From assembly GCF_009834535.1 (NCBI RefSeq), contig NC_045697.1, positions 66,466,001 through 66,530,000 of the forward strand: a DNA stretch of 64,000 bases, written 5' to 3'. The position numbers were made by a program, and so were the translations under genes. This DNA comes from Camelus ferus. Taxonomy: Eukaryota. Below the pieces are notes generated by a model that saw only the letters and a program-made list of their open reading frames with translations, had not been told where the DNA came from and searched no databases. Each line of letters begins with the position of its first letter. The stretch's first letter is position 1. Of this stretch, positions 63,216 to 64,000 are shown in pieces.

Positions 63216-64000
63216 CCCAGATTCCTCTTCCTGCCTGTTGAAATCTTACCTTTTAAGGTCCATATCAAATAGTCTCCTTGTTGGTGTCCTCTGATTCTCT
63301 GACACCCAGAATACTTTTTCTTTTTTAATTAAATGAAAATCAATAGAAACTTCCTTATTCCTGATTGTGAATTTTTAAAATATCTCATTTAATTTGTCTT
63401 GTCTACCCAGAGATGCCAGATATTCCCTGGATTAGTGTCTTATGTCCAATAGATTCTTAGAAGAATGTTTTCTGAATAAAGTTAAGCGAGAAAAGCCAAT
63501 CCTTAGTGCAGCTTCTGAAAAGATACAGATGACCCCAACACTCTCTGCTCCAGCCCTTCTTCCATGTCTCATTTATTTCACCGCAGTTTGTGAGGATTGA
63601 AAAACAAAAAGGCAAAAAAAGTTTGTCACATAAAAGTTCCCAGTAATTCACACAGTGGAGGGGATCAATTCAAAATTTTTCCCTATTGAAACCTAGTTAA
63701 TGTCAGAAGATGGAAATGATAGGAAATTTGAGGACAAGGAGGAAAGTAGTTTAGGAGCAGAGAGGACTTGGTGATAAGGGTAAAATGTGTGGATTCTACC
63801 TTGGGATTCTGGGGACAGTAAGATAATTACTGGTACTAGGGACTAGAATGAAGGTTGAGTAGGAGGTGAGATGATACTAATGACAAATATAACTTCTTTT
63901 GAAAAATTTCTAGTGTCATCTTAACCAGAACTTTCCTCTTCCAGTCTGGCCTCAGGAACCAGAATGCAGTTTAGTCCTCATTGATATTATGGTTCAGATA

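Noticed and set aside
1..64000. Prokaryotic-type systems (CRISPR arrays, operons, rRNA) or an intact ERV/transposase ORF
   Set aside because: The sequence is mammalian intronic-type DNA. There is no repeat-spacer array, the longest listed ORF is 119 aa, and only solo LTRs and non-autonomous MITEs are present.

Overview
Mammalian nuclear DNA, most likely camelid (alpaca/llama/camel): it carries a tRNA-Ala-derived Vic-1-type SINE and artiodactyl-type L1 3' ends. I could not identify a protein-coding exon. The ORF track is chance ORFs plus decayed L1 ORF2 fragments. The window reads best as the promoter and first, very long intron(s) of a + strand Pol II transcription unit that I cannot name. 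A small CpG-rich promoter at ~2060-2290 (octamer, NRF1-like, GC/CACCC, CCAAT and ETS motifs, then a splice donor) appears to be built on an ancient MER5A hAT transposon. It is followed by ~62 kb of repeat-rich DNA (L1, L2, MIR, L3, MaLR/ERVL LTRs, hAT MITEs) in which L1s are mostly antisense to the + strand. Several candidate non-coding or micro-exons are scattered through it. The most interesting observations are the transposon-derived promoter, a 71-bp TPRT insertion that looks like an orphan 3' transduction, a dispersed 29-bp near-perfect duplication, uORF-laden candidate exons and two twin-primed L1s. Repeat families were assigned by eye from remembered consensus sequences, so subfamily names and boundaries are approximate. 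I found no evidence of a novel multi-gene system.
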